This document shows positions 19,775 to 30,148 of a stretch of 64,000 nucleotides of DNA, in pieces. The stretch's first letter is position 1. Every line of letters starts with the position of its first letter. The notes beneath the pieces were generated by a model. That model made no database searches and was not told where the DNA came from. It saw only the letters and a list, made by a program, of their open reading frames with translations. The stretch covers positions 1-64,000 of the forward strand of contig JBGAON010000005.1 in the NCBI GenBank assembly GCA_044221725.1, in the 5' to 3' direction. The DNA is from Elusimicrobiota bacterium (GTDB taxonomy: Bacteria; Elusimicrobiota; Elusimicrobia; F11). A program made the position numbers and the translations under genes.

Positions 19775-20409
19775 TGTATCGCAGAAACCGAGACGTCCCG
19801 TCTCTTCTTAAAAACCTCCACAAAAATTATCCGGAACCGGAATGTGCGCTGACCCATTCCTCGCCTCTCGAGCTCACGGTCGCGACAATCTTATCCGCCC
19901 AATGCACCGACGAGCGCGTGAACAAAGTCACGCCCGCACTGTTTAAGAAGTACAAAAGCGCGCAAGCGTTCGCCGATTCGGATCCAGCCGAACTCGAAAC
20001 GTTCATTCGATCAACCGGCTTTTATCGCAACAAGGCGAAATCGATTCGTGGGATGGCCAAAATGGTCGTTGAGAAATTTGGCGGGCGAATTCCTGAATCC
20101 ATGGACGAGTTGTTGACACTGCCGGGCGTCGCGAGAAAAACCGCGAACGTTGTTCTCGGTGTGGCGTTCAAGAAAGCAGAAGGAGTGGTGGTGGACACGC
20201 ACGTAATGCGGTTGTCGCGTCGTCTGGGCTTATCGAAAGAAACGACGCCCGAAAAAATCGAAAAAGATCTCGTGCGCGCGATTCCGCAAAAAGATTGGAT
20301 ATGGTTTTCGCATGCGCTGATTCATCATGGGCGAAAAATTTGCAAGGCCCGCAATCCACAGTGCGCGATCTGTCCGATTCGAAAAGACTGTCCGAATCCG
20401 GATCTGTAA
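19774..20409 (+). CDS. nth: Endonuclease III
   Basis: LSAQCTDERVN, HhH LPGVARKTANVVL, VDTHV, CKARNPQCAICPIRKDC cluster. Confidence 0.95.
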   Translation: MYRRNRDVPSLLKNLHKNYPEPECALTHSSPLELTVATILSAQCTDERVNKVTPALFKKYKSAQAFADSDPAELETFIRSTGFYRNKAKSIRGMAKMVVEKFGGRIPESMDELLTLPGVARKTANVVLGVAFKKAEGVVVDTHVMRLSRRLGLSKETTPEKIEKDLVRAIPQKDWIWFSHALIHHGRKICKARNPQCAICPIRKDCPNPDL

Positions 20410-20419
20410 AATAAACGCC

Positions 20420-20842
20420 ATGCGTTATGACGAACGGTATCTGAAGGGCATCCAGCATTTCAATAAGCGGGAATATTACGACGCGCACGAGATTTGGGAA
20501 GACCTATGGCACGAAGAGCACGGTGAAGCCAATCATTTTGTGCAGGGCCTGATTCAATTTGCGACCGCCTTGCACCACTTCGAAGCGCACAATCTCAAGG
20601 GCACAAAATTGCTATACGTCGCCGGAGTGGAACTGCTGAAGCCGTATGGAGAAAAATATTGGGGATTGCCCGTTAAAAAGCTTTTGGACGATATGGCTGC
20701 TTGTGTAAAAGATATTTTGCCGTACGAACAAAAAGATTTGCCCGGTCGTTACCATGCTGATAAAGAGACGTTTCCCGTGCAAATTAAAAGCGATCGGATT
20801 CCAAAAATAGAGTTGGTGCCGGAGGAGAAACAGATTTCGTGA
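20420..20842 (+). CDS. DUF309-family protein
   Basis: GIQHFNKREYYDAHEIWEDLW...QGLIQFATALHH. Confidence 0.85.
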   Translation: MRYDERYLKGIQHFNKREYYDAHEIWEDLWHEEHGEANHFVQGLIQFATALHHFEAHNLKGTKLLYVAGVELLKPYGEKYWGLPVKKLLDDMAACVKDILPYEQKDLPGRYHADKETFPVQIKSDRIPKIELVPEEKQIS

Positions 20843-21378
20843 AAGAAAAACGCGCTTTTTGGTGGACCGCGGATCACACGCGGATTCGATTTTGTTTTAT
20901 TTGTGGAGGAGCTCTTGCATGGTTGTACGTGCCGGCGGACAAGAAAAATCGACTTGTCTGCAAGAAGTGTCTGCACATCACGTACACAAATCCCAAATCG
21001 GTCGCCGGCATGATTCCGGTTGCATCGGATGGTCGGGTGGCGCTTTTGAAAAGAAACATTGAGCCAGGTTTCGGAAAGTGGACGTATCCGGCCGGTTATC
21101 AGGAGCTCGGAGAAACGGTCGCTGATGCGGCGATTCGCGAAACATACGAGGAAATTTGCGCGCGCGTGAAAGTCGAACGGCTGTTAAATATTTATTCGTA
21201 CGCCGATTCCGGTGTGATTACGTCGGTCTTTGTCGGGCGCTTGAAACGCGGTGAAAAGCCGCGCCCCGGCGAAGAATCGCAGGAAGTCCGCTTGTATCGA
21301 CCGTCGGATCTGCCTTGGAAAGACCTCGCATTTCGAAGCACGGTTACTGGCCTTAAGGAATGGTTGAAATCACGATGA
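20839..21378 (+). CDS. NUDIX hydrolase with N-terminal zinc ribbon
   Basis: FCFICG...CKKC..ITYTNPK; Nudix box GYQELGETVADAAIRETYEE. Confidence 0.9.
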   Translation: MKEKRAFWWTADHTRIRFCFICGGALAWLYVPADKKNRLVCKKCLHITYTNPKSVAGMIPVASDGRVALLKRNIEPGFGKWTYPAGYQELGETVADAAIRETYEEICARVKVERLLNIYSYADSGVITSVFVGRLKRGEKPRPGEESQEVRLYRPSDLPWKDLAFRSTVTGLKEWLKSR

Positions 21379-22178
21379 CGTTGCCCTTTCCAATTACGCG
21401 CCCCATCATTTTCTTCGACTTGGAAACCACCGGTCTGGATTATAAATACGACCGCATCGTGGAAATTGGTGCGGTGAAAGTTTATCCGGACGGTACGCGC
21501 GAAATTTTGACACAGCGCATTAATCCCCAAATGAGGATCTCTGCTGAAATTTCAGCCTTGACCGGAATCACGAACGAAGCCATTGCAAACGAACCGACCT
21601 TTCTTCAGGTCGCGACGAAGATTGCCGATTTTTTTGAGGGTTGCGACTTGGGCGGCTACAATATTTCACGGTTCGATGTGAAGGTCATGGTTGAAGAATT
21701 TAAACGGGCCGGGCTCGATTTCAAACTCGATCAGCGAATGATTGTTGATTCGCAGGTGATCTTTCACCAGAAGGAAAAGCGCGATTTGTCTGCGGCTTAC
21801 AAGTTCTATTGTGAAAAAGATTTGCAGGGCGCGCATTCGGCTCAAGCCGATACCGATGCCACATATGAAATCTTTATTTCGCAGTTAAAGCGGTATGCGG
21901 ATTTGCCGCAGCATCTTGAAGGTCTCCACAAGTTTTGTCGCGGTAATCAAGACCGGTTTGTGGACGCGGAGGGGAAATTCTTTTGGCGGGACGGCGAAGC
22001 CGTGTTCAATTTCGGAAAATTTAAATCACAGACGTTGCGTGCGATTGCGAAAAGCAACCCAGAATATCTGCATTGGGTGATGTCACCCGAGCGGCAATTC
22101 CCGCAAGAAGTGATCGATATCTGTTACCGGGCCATGAAAGGCCAGTTCCCGGTTAAGTCTTCTGAAGCTGCTTCTTAA
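21375..22178 (+). CDS. DEDDh 3'-5' exonuclease (DnaQ/Pol III epsilon-like)
   Basis: [25 protein letters not shown]-terminal FNFGKFK; ATGA overlap with NUDIX gene. Confidence 0.9.
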   Translation: MTLPFPITRPIIFFDLETTGLDYKYDRIVEIGAVKVYPDGTREILTQRINPQMRISAEISALTGITNEAIANEPTFLQVATKIADFFEGCDLGGYNISRFDVKVMVEEFKRAGLDFKLDQRMIVDSQVIFHQKEKRDLSAAYKFYCEKDLQGAHSAQADTDATYEIFISQLKRYADLPQHLEGLHKFCRGNQDRFVDAEGKFFWRDGEAVFNFGKFKSQTLRAIAKSNPEYLHWVMSPERQFPQEVIDICYRAMKGQFPVKSSEAAS

Positions 22179-22770
22179 ACTGGATGATCTCGTCGACCAA
22201 CCCGTAGGCTTTCGCTTCTTCCGCTGACATGTAGTAGTTGCGCTCACTGTCCGCCGCCACCTTGCTGAGCGGTTGATTGCAGTGCCGCGCGATGATCTCG
22301 TTCAAACGTTCCTTCGTCTCGGTCATTTCTTTGGCTTCAATTTCGATGTCGGTCACTTGGCCGGAAATTCCTTCGCCGTAAATGAGTGGCTGATGAATCA
22401 TGATGCGCGAGTTCGGCAAGCAGAAGCGGCGTCCTTTTGTGCCGGCCGCAAGCAGCACCGCGCCAAACGACATGGCCATTCCCATGCAGATGGTGGTGAT
22501 GGGGGACTTGATGTACTGCATCGTGTCGTAAATCGCGAGCCCGGCGGTTACCATGCCGCCCGGGGAGTTGATGTAAAGGTTAATCTCTTTTTCCGGATCT
22601 TCCGATTCAAGGTAAAGCAATTGCGCGATGATCATGTTGGCCGAATCGGTATCGACCTGCCCGCCAAAACCACCAACAAACAAAATCCGATCCTTCAAAA
22701 GTCGCGAGTAGATGTCGTATGTAACCGCAGCGCCTTGATTCCAACGTTCGAGAATTGTGGGGACGATCAT
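22153..22770 (-). CDS. clpP: ATP-dependent Clp protease proteolytic subunit
   Basis: [26 protein letters not shown] (Ser), [20 protein letters not shown]. Confidence 0.96.
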   Translation of the reverse strand: MIVPTILERWNQGAAVTYDIYSRLLKDRILFVGGFGGQVDTDSANMIIAQLLYLESEDPEKEINLYINSPGGMVTAGLAIYDTMQYIKSPITTICMGMAMSFGAVLLAAGTKGRRFCLPNSRIMIHQPLIYGEGISGQVTDIEIEAKEMTETKERLNEIIARHCNQPLSKVAADSERNYYMSAEEAKAYGLVDEIIQFKKQLQKT

Positions 22771-22806
22771 AAGAGCTCCTTGCCTGTTTTTGAGTCGAAA
22801 TCCTAT

Positions 22807-23073
22807 TTACCTTTTTTTCCTGTACATCAAAACCACTGCGACGACCGCCGAGAAAAACACGGCGTTTGTAACCGCATACGACTTGAACGCGACTTCACTT
22901 GAAACCAGAGCGGCCGGCAGCATCAACACAATGCAACCCCACACACCGAAGAGCCACGCCAGACTTATGTCCTCTGCTGTTTTGCGTTGAATTATCCGCC
23001 AGATTAGAGGAATGTTCCAAAACGGCATCACGATTCCGGCCACGGTTCCAAGATGTTCCAAAGTAAATTTCAT
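22807..23073 (-). CDS. Small 3-TM PQ-loop/SemiSWEET-like membrane protein
   Basis: LGTVAGIVMPFWNIPLIWRIIQRKTAEDISL resembles the SemiSWEET 'PQ..K..K.K...DIS' motif; three hydrophobic helices. Confidence 0.7.
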   Translation of the reverse strand: MKFTLEHLGTVAGIVMPFWNIPLIWRIIQRKTAEDISLAWLFGVWGCIVLMLPAALVSSEVAFKSYAVTNAVFFSAVVAVVLMYRKKR

Positions 23074-23151
23074 GCGGCGAAGTATGGCATTTTTCGTCGA
23101 CGGCAAGACTGATGCATAACTTCCTATTGAATCCCTCCATTGATCGCAGAC

Positions 23152-23195
23152 CTTAATCGATTCTTAAGGCCATTTTAAAGCGATCTTAATCGAGG
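23152..23195 (+). promoter_or_regulatory. Four 11-bp-phased YTTAA direct repeats (OmpR/PhoB-type operator candidate)
   Basis: TTAA at 23153, 23164, 23175, 23186: CTTAATCGATT|CTTAAGGCCAT|TTTAAAGCGAT|CTTAATCGAGG. Confidence 0.6.
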
Positions 23196-23206
23196 AGAGA
23201 GCACGT

Positions 23207-24763
23207 TTGAGTGGAGACAAAATGAACCTGCGAACGAAATTCAAATTGGCCAGTTCGAGTCTGATCATGACCGTTGTTGTTGGCATGATGAGCTCGCTTA
23301 TTATTTCTGAGAAAAACCGACTGACCGCCGAAACCGAGCAGCAGCAACTTGAGGACCTGGATAAATTTGGCCGTGTCTGTGAAGACACGATGATCGTGTT
23401 CGATGAACCCGCACTTTTCAAATACGCAAAAAATTTGGTCACCGTTTCTGCTCCGAAGATGGTTTATGCCGGTTTCGTCTATCCAAAATCATCCGCCGGA
23501 AGCCCGTGGGTTTGGGCAAACAATTCGGATCGCATCGTTTATGTTGATGATACCGATGCGACAATCAACGAAATTCGGAATTCAGGAAAAGTGACGCGTC
23601 GGATCATCACTATCGGGGGACAGCGTGTAATTGAACTCTCAAAGCCGATCAGTCGAATCGGTTATGTTCGACTCGGTTATTCCACGGACGTGCTCGCAAA
23701 GATCTTTCGTCAGACCATCCAGAAGTCAATCAAACGTTTTGCGATCGTTGGGCTGATTGCCATTCTGTTTGGTCTTGTGTTGGCGCACTTCTTCAGTGCT
23801 GCGTTGTCTCGCCCGATCAAAGATCTCATGGAGGGAGCCACCGCAATCGCAAAAGGAAAAAAAGGGGTAAAGATTCCGGTCAGCCGCGACGATGAACTTG
23901 GAAAGTTAACGCGCACGTTCAACAAGATGTCAGAAGAGCTGATCAAGCTCGACCAACTCAAAGACGACTTTATGTCCCATGTGACGCATGAGTTGCGCTC
24001 CCCGCTCACGAGCATCATTGCCACCGTGGAGCTTATGTCGGAGATGCCGATGGTGAGCAAAGACGCCAAAATGCGCCGATCTGTTGACCGTTTAATATTT
24101 GGATCGGAGCGCTTAAACCGGTTGGTCGACAACATTCTCGATCTCACGCGTTTGGAAGCGGGCAAAATGACCTTCGATATTCAGCCGGTGAACATCGGAG
24201 CGCTTGTCACCGAGATGGCCGATTTCTTTGAGCCGCGCGCCATGGAAAAGAGCCTTAACATTCAAGCCATTGTGCCACCCCAATTCCCGCTCGTCATGGC
24301 GGACCCGGAGAGAATTCGCCAGGTCATTTCCAACCTCGTTCACAACGCCATCAAATTTACGAACAAGGGTGGCATCGTTTTGTGGGTAAAAGAGCAAAAT
24401 GGCAAAGCGACGATCGGCGTCCAAGACACCGGCGTTGGAATTCCTGCGGATAAACTCGGAATGGTCTTCGAAAAATTTGAGTGTTTAAAAGATACACGCG
24501 ACCGCGTCGAGAAACCGGTTCCGGGTTCGGGTCTTGGTCTCAACATTGTCCTTAATTCGATAAAGGCGCAACACGGACGGATTTGGGTGGAAAGCGAAGT
24601 GAACAAAGGCTCGACATTTATTTTTGAATTGCCTTTCGCTCCGCTCGAAAAACAGAATGTCGCAACGGCGTCCGCGGCGCACAACGCCCGCGCTATGTCG
24701 GTGCCACCATTGTCAGGAGCGTCACGCACGCCCCTCGTAATTTCATCTGGACGGGTGCACTAA
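23207..24763 (+). CDS. HAMP-domain sensor histidine kinase
   Basis: Two TMs, HAMP, H-box VTHELRSPL, N-box NLVHNAIKF, DTGVGI, GSGLGL. Alternative ATG at 23222. Confidence 0.95.
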   Translation: MSGDKMNLRTKFKLASSSLIMTVVVGMMSSLIISEKNRLTAETEQQQLEDLDKFGRVCEDTMIVFDEPALFKYAKNLVTVSAPKMVYAGFVYPKSSAGSPWVWANNSDRIVYVDDTDATINEIRNSGKVTRRIITIGGQRVIELSKPISRIGYVRLGYSTDVLAKIFRQTIQKSIKRFAIVGLIAILFGLVLAHFFSAALSRPIKDLMEGATAIAKGKKGVKIPVSRDDELGKLTRTFNKMSEELIKLDQLKDDFMSHVTHELRSPLTSIIATVELMSEMPMVSKDAKMRRSVDRLIFGSERLNRLVDNILDLTRLEAGKMTFDIQPVNIGALVTEMADFFEPRAMEKSLNIQAIVPPQFPLVMADPERIRQVISNLVHNAIKFTNKGGIVLWVKEQNGKATIGVQDTGVGIPADKLGMVFEKFECLKDTRDRVEKPVPGSGLGLNIVLNSIKAQHGRIWVESEVNKGSTFIFELPFAPLEKQNVATASAAHNARAMSVPPLSGASRTPLVISSGRVH

Positions 24764-24764
24764 C

Positions 24765-27700
24765 ATGAAAAAGCGCGCGCTTTTTCTGACGATGTTACTG
24801 GGCGCTGGCAAAATCTGTTCAGCAGGACCGGATGTCCGCTCGCAATTTACACTTACCGAGGTCCATTTGATCGGAATTGGGTTCGATCTAACTGGCATCG
24901 ACGTACCGGTCGATGAGCCGGGTCCATTTCCTGGTTCCAATTTTCGTGACGAAGCCGCGCCCGATCTCCTTCCCACGGATTCGTTTGTTCGTTTTCGTTT
25001 GGTTCCTTCTGACCCCCACGCGCCGTCCGTGGCCCAAATCAGTGCCAAATTGGACATGGATATCGATCTGCCGCAGGCCTCCTATGAAGCCGACGTTGTT
25101 GCCGGCAATGGCTATGGAACGTACACGTTTGGCCCGATTCCGGCGACGGTGCCCGAAGGGGGGCATGTGGTGACCGTCACAGCTTCGAACGTGTTGCGGC
25201 AGGCCGGTTTTTTCTCAACGCTTTCACTCGTCGATCGGACGCCGCCCACATGCGAATATATTTTTCCGCCAACGCCGACCGATCGGACATGGGTGAATGG
25301 TCAGATATCTCTGCAAATTCGTTCGGCCGACGCGGGTGTGGGTGTCCGCGGCGTGAGTCTGCTGAACCCCGCGAACACAGGAATATTGCTGCCTTATCTT
25401 CCTTTGGTCAGCCCCAATTGGCAATACCCGTCTTATGACACGCGCGTCTTGACGGACGGCTCTTATCCGGTTGTCTCTGCTTGCTCGGACCGGGCCGGTA
25501 ACGTTCGTCAAATTCAAACCGTCGTTCGCGTCGATAACACGGCCCCGTCCGCTACTTTTAACGTTTCGCCCGCGCCACTTTCGCGGAATAACAAACAGTT
25601 GGTGCACGGAATGGAAGACCTCGTGACCACCGTTGACGATGGTCAAGGCATCGGCGTTGGAGCCGCGGTCATAAACGTGGATGGCAACACCCTCGCGGGC
25701 ACAATACTGAACACCGCCGCTTATGCGGATGGTTTGCACAGAGTTTCGTTTGAGGCGGCGGATCTTCTCGGAAATAAGAAATCCATTAATTTGGATCTCA
25801 CATTCGATAATTCCCCGCCGGTCGTTACGATCACGTCGATGGATAACAGTGTTCCAACGATTGTTGGTTCCCTCAACAGCGTGGCCTTTAATGCGCAGGA
25901 AGCGAATGGCTTATTGGCCCCAAGAATTTTTATAGACGAAGTGGAGCAACGCTTCACGCGGTTTGGCTCTTTTTACACATTCCCGCCGGTTACGGTAAAC
26001 GGTATTCACACGTTGGAAGTGCAAATTGCTGACACGCTCGGCAATGTGGGCAAATCCAAGAGACGATTCCTTCTCGTTAACGGGAATGGCCCTCAGCTGC
26101 CCGGAGTTAACGGAGTAAAAATTATTGCTCCGCAGAACAACGCCTTCGTCGATGGTGCGTCGTTGCAGTTGAAAGGTGTCAGCCCGGTTAGCGGCGGCGT
26201 CGGATCATTTTCGGTCAATGGAAATCCGGTTGCTCAGGCCGTTTTAATGAATGGTTATGGTGTGTTTTCAAAAACAATTTCCATTGGAGACGAAGGGCCC
26301 GCCGTCATTGGTGCCGCCTTACGTCGCGACACTGAGGAATATTCAGATTCGATTTCATTGGTCGTAGACAACACCGCTCCGACCGTTGACTTTGTGGCTC
26401 CGGCGCCAAACGAAAATATGTCCGGCACGGTTCATATACAAGGAAACGCGCAGGACACGTCGCTCGCGACTCTTGAACTTTTTGATGGCACCACTTTGCT
26501 CGCGGCCACCAATGCCACCGGCTCGACGGTGTGCTCCATCCATTTCTTATGGGATACCACGCAAACCTCTGTTGGCACCCACGCTCTGACATTCATCGCG
26601 ATCGATCAAGCCGGGCATTCAAGTTCGCTCACGCGAACGGTAACCGTGCAATCGTCGCCCAACGCTCCTTTGCCCGAGGTCAGTTTTATTTCTCCCGGTG
26701 ACGGAGACGCCGTTTCTGGCATCGTCACGTTGCTGATGAAGGTCGAGGGGGCGGCCGCGCTGGCCGGCTTCACTGTGGACGATGGTCCTTTCCTTCAAGC
26801 CAACGCGGTAGGCTCCGATGCCTATTCGTACATGCTTGTAACACCACAAAACTATGCCGATGGTTTCCATCGCATTAAGGCGCTGGCCACGAACGCAAGC
26901 GGGACTGTGTTTAAAACGATTCAGATAAACATTGATAACACGGCTCCGACCCTCACGGTTACAAACCCCACTGCTGGCAAGAATTTGTTCTTCACACAAA
27001 ATTTAATTGCGAACGCATCGGATAATTCGAATCTGCCGCTATCTTCTGTGAAGTTCAGCATCGATTCGGAAACCGTTGCTTTGTTTCCGGGCAACACGGA
27101 TGTCCAGAATAAACTTTATTCTTATCTTTTTGACACCACAGCTTATGCCAAGGGGAACCATCAGTTGCTTGTGGTCGCCTTTGATAAGGCCGGTAATTCC
27201 TCGCAAGCGATTGTTCCCTTCATTGTTGATAATGACAACCCACCCATTTCTTCGGCTTCGGTGGCTTGGACTCCGTCCCAAGGTTCGTTTGATGTTGGTC
27301 CGGCCGAAACTCAAATCACGGCGACGATCACAAACGCTTTTCTCGACCTCACGCTCCTAAACGATGATGCGCTGAAAGTCTACGCAACGAAAGACGGTCA
27401 AAAGACGCGCGTTCTTGGCACGGTAAGTCTCACGGGCAACAAATTGCGCTTTGGTGGCACCGTTCCTTACAACGCGGAAATGCAATGCGTGCTCGGTGCG
27501 ATTGATACAAACGGCAAGCTCATTCGTGAAACGCTGAACTTTATCAGCGGTATCGATAAGAACTTGGGTGGTCAGGTTAAATATTTGCCTGACAACTTCT
27601 TGACGATCACAATCCCGCCCGGCGCGCTCGCGAAAAACGCGTTTGTGAAAGTGGTAATGCTCGAGGCGGGACAAGCACCGCCGACGGCCGCAGACGATGG

Positions 27701-28295
27701 GTTATTAACCGCGTATGGTCCTTTCAATCTTCTCGCGTGGGACGACGCTGGAGCGCCGATCGACGTTCTCGGTATTGCCGGTCGATTGGATTTTTCTCGC
27801 TTGACCGCTCAAATACCGCCCGCGGAGCAAAGCTTTGTGGACCGCGCCGAGCAATATGTGAGCGGTACGTGGAAAGCGATCGGGAGCACCGGTGGCTCTC
27901 CCACCGGTTCAAGTGGCTCCCCTACCAACCGCGCTCTTTCTGTGCCGGTCACAAAGTTCGGTTATTACCGAATTACGTCGGCGCCGGTTCCTGGCGACGG
28001 CATTACCGATCTCTACAACTATCCAAATCCGTTCGCCCCCGCGGATGGAGGAACCGATTTCAATTTCCTTCTTAATCAGACGGCCGATGTAGAAATTGTG
28101 ATTTACGACCTTTTTGGAAACCTCGTGATTCGGATGGACCGGACTGGTTTCTATGGTCAAAACACGATTCATTGGGACGGTCGTAACGGCAAGGGTGATG
28201 AGGTTGCGAACGGTGGGTATGTTGCGCAATTTACCGTCAAAGATAGCTCGGGGAAAGCGACACGCGCACGCCGCAAGTTGGCGGTGGCCAAATGA
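24765..28295 (+). CDS. Secreted multi-Ig-domain protein with C-terminal FlgD-Ig/T9SS type A-like sorting domain
   Basis: Signal peptide; repeated VDNTAP...D.AGN Ig units; C-terminus LYNYPNPF...IVIYDLFGNLV...IHWDGRNGKGDEVANGGY...RRKLAVAK. Confidence 0.85.
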   Translation: MKKRALFLTMLLGAGKICSAGPDVRSQFTLTEVHLIGIGFDLTGIDVPVDEPGPFPGSNFRDEAAPDLLPTDSFVRFRLVPSDPHAPSVAQISAKLDMDIDLPQASYEADVVAGNGYGTYTFGPIPATVPEGGHVVTVTASNVLRQAGFFSTLSLVDRTPPTCEYIFPPTPTDRTWVNGQISLQIRSADAGVGVRGVSLLNPANTGILLPYLPLVSPNWQYPSYDTRVLTDGSYPVVSACSDRAGNVRQIQTVVRVDNTAPSATFNVSPAPLSRNNKQLVHGMEDLVTTVDDGQGIGVGAAVINVDGNTLAGTILNTAAYADGLHRVSFEAADLLGNKKSINLDLTFDNSPPVVTITSMDNSVPTIVGSLNSVAFNAQEANGLLAPRIFIDEVEQRFTRFGSFYTFPPVTVNGIHTLEVQIADTLGNVGKSKRRFLLVNGNGPQLPGVNGVKIIAPQNNAFVDGASLQLKGVSPVSGGVGSFSVNGNPVAQAVLMNGYGVFSKTISIGDEGPAVIGAALRRDTEEYSDSISLVVDNTAPTVDFVAPAPNENMSGTVHIQGNAQDTSLATLELFDGTTLLAATNATGSTVCSIHFLWDTTQTSVGTHALTFIAIDQAGHSSSLTRTVTVQSSPNAPLPEVSFISPGDGDAVSGIVTLLMKVEGAAALAGFTVDDGPFLQANAVGSDAYSYMLVTPQNYADGFHRIKALATNASGTVFKTIQINIDNTAPTLTVTNPTAGKNLFFTQNLIANASDNSNLPLSSVKFSIDSETVALFPGNTDVQNKLYSYLFDTTAYAKGNHQLLVVAFDKAGNSSQAIVPFIVDNDNPPISSASVAWTPSQGSFDVGPAETQITATITNAFLDLTLLNDDALKVYATKDGQKTRVLGTVSLTGNKLRFGGTVPYNAEMQCVLGAIDTNGKLIRETLNFISGIDKNLGGQVKYLPDNFLTITIPPGALAKNAFVKVVMLEAGQAPPTAADDGLLTAYGPFNLLAWDDAGAPIDVLGIAGRLDFSRLTAQIPPAEQSFVDRAEQYVSGTWKAIGSTGGSPTGSSGSPTNRALSVPVTKFGYYRITSAPVPGDGITDLYNYPNPFAPADGGTDFNFLLNQTADVEIVIYDLFGNLVIRMDRTGFYGQNTIHWDGRNGKGDEVANGGYVAQFTVKDSSGKATRARRKLAVAK

Positions 28296-30082
28296 AGACG
28301 CCGCGACTGTTACTATTCGGCCTTCTCTCATCGCTGATTTCAAGCACCGTGCTTGCTGCTCCGGATTTTGGATTTGCGCAAGAAGACGGCGGGCAAGCCG
28401 GTGCGTTTTTCGACGCAGCGAACAGTGCGCGATCGCTCGCCATGGCTGGCGCGGATGTTGGCGTGGCCGACGATGCAAGTGCGGTGCTCACAAATCCGGC
28501 CGGGCTGACTCAGATTAATCGCAAAGATTTTGTCACAAGCTATTCTTCTCTGTTTGAAGACACAAAGTTTGGTGTTATGAATTACGCACAGCCGTCGGTC
28601 GGCTTGGGCACGTTTGGCGTCGGCGTCGTAAGTTTGCGTTCCGGCGGTTTTGAGAAGCGGGACGCCAATCAGCGGCAGGGGGGCGAATTCGGTACATCGG
28701 AACTCGGTGTCGTGCTATCCCACGGTTTTGAACTAAGCGAGCGGTTATCTCTGGGGTCCAGTTTAAAAGTCATTAAGGAGCAGGTCGACTCGCTGTCGGC
28801 CACCGGTTTTGGATTTGACGGCGGTGCGCACATGCGAATTTCGCCGACGTTAAATATGGGATTTGTCTTGCGCAACATTTGGGCGCCGCGCCTTAAGCTT
28901 CGCAACGAAAACGACCAGTATCCCTTTGACATGCGCCTTGGAACACGATGGCAGGCATTTCGAAAAATCATGATTGCGACCGACCTCGATAAAACAGTGG
29001 GTCGTTCGATCAAGCTGCGCCTGGGCGGCGAATGGACCGTAAACCAATTGTTGGTTGTGCGCGCGGGCATCAGCGAAACGGATTTGACCACCGGTGTTGG
29101 ATTCAACTTTAAAGACTGGGGAATCGACTACGCGTTCGGGTACAACGATGCTGCCGCGGGAATTAAAGATCTGGGCGGATCCCATCGCGTTGGTTTCCGC
29201 ATTCGCTTCGGTGCGCCGATTTCTGAACAGTTGGCGAGCGCGCGTTGGCAAAAGAAGGGCCAAGCCTATCTCGATGAACTTCGTTCGCGCATGGAAATGC
29301 CGGACGCATCAATGGACGCTTCGCTCGAAAAATTGCTTTCGGACACCCAGGTGATTATTCGCCGACAAGGCTATCCAAGAGCAGAAGATCTTTATTCGGC
29401 CCAGGGGTACGTGTTTTATTTTCAGCATGAATACGAGAGGAGTGTGCAGTCGTTGAGCGAGGCGCTCGCACTGAATCCGAACAACGGGATGCTGTCAAAA
29501 CACTTGGAAAAGGCACGCGCGCAAATGACGGAAGAGGGTGCGCGCGAGTTGATCGCAACCGAGCTCAAGCGTGTGAAAGAGCTGTACGAGAAAGGCGATT
29601 GGCAAGGAACGATCAAATCGTGCGAGAAAATTCTCAGCATCAAGGCCGATAACATTGAAGCGTTGGCATATCGGGAAGATGCTCACAAACGTATCAACGA
29701 GCCGATTGAGCGCGAAATGAAAATCGCAAAAGGGAAATTCGAGAGCAACGAATTCTTGGATGCCATAAAAGGATTTCAGCGCGTGAAAGAATTGGACCCA
29801 CAAAACCAAGAAGCGAGCGATTATATTGCGAAATCCATTACGGCTCTAGAAAACCAGGCTTCAACGCAGACCGTCATAAAAAGCGAACGTCCCGTTTATG
29901 AGGTGGAGCGCAATGTTGAAGAGAGCCGCAATCTGTACAGCAAAGGCTTGTTGCTCTATTCACAAGGCAATTTGAAAGCGGCGGCCCGCATTTGGGAGCA
30001 GGCCGTTCAATACGATTCTGGAAACGCCATGGCGCGAAGTGCTTTTAACCGCGTACAGGTCGAACTCAAAGAAAGACCTTAA
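28292..30082 (+). CDS. PorV/FadL-like outer-membrane beta-barrel fused to C-terminal TPR repeats
   Basis: SARSLAMAGADVGVADDASAVLTNPAGL (PorV/FadL N-terminus), amphipathic strands ending IDYAF...SHRVGFRIRFG, then TPRs (ALALNPNN, VKELDPQNQEA). Confidence 0.85.
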   Translation: MKTPRLLLFGLLSSLISSTVLAAPDFGFAQEDGGQAGAFFDAANSARSLAMAGADVGVADDASAVLTNPAGLTQINRKDFVTSYSSLFEDTKFGVMNYAQPSVGLGTFGVGVVSLRSGGFEKRDANQRQGGEFGTSELGVVLSHGFELSERLSLGSSLKVIKEQVDSLSATGFGFDGGAHMRISPTLNMGFVLRNIWAPRLKLRNENDQYPFDMRLGTRWQAFRKIMIATDLDKTVGRSIKLRLGGEWTVNQLLVVRAGISETDLTTGVGFNFKDWGIDYAFGYNDAAAGIKDLGGSHRVGFRIRFGAPISEQLASARWQKKGQAYLDELRSRMEMPDASMDASLEKLLSDTQVIIRRQGYPRAEDLYSAQGYVFYFQHEYERSVQSLSEALALNPNNGMLSKHLEKARAQMTEEGARELIATELKRVKELYEKGDWQGTIKSCEKILSIKADNIEALAYREDAHKRINEPIEREMKIAKGKFESNEFLDAIKGFQRVKELDPQNQEASDYIAKSITALENQASTQTVIKSERPVYEVERNVEESRNLYSKGLLLYSQGNLKAAARIWEQAVQYDSGNAMARSAFNRVQVELKERP

Positions 30083-30148
30083 TATTCTATACTCCGGCCG
30101 CTTTCCTACCCCTAACCCCCAGTGTAATAATAAGGAGATAAGCAAGAA

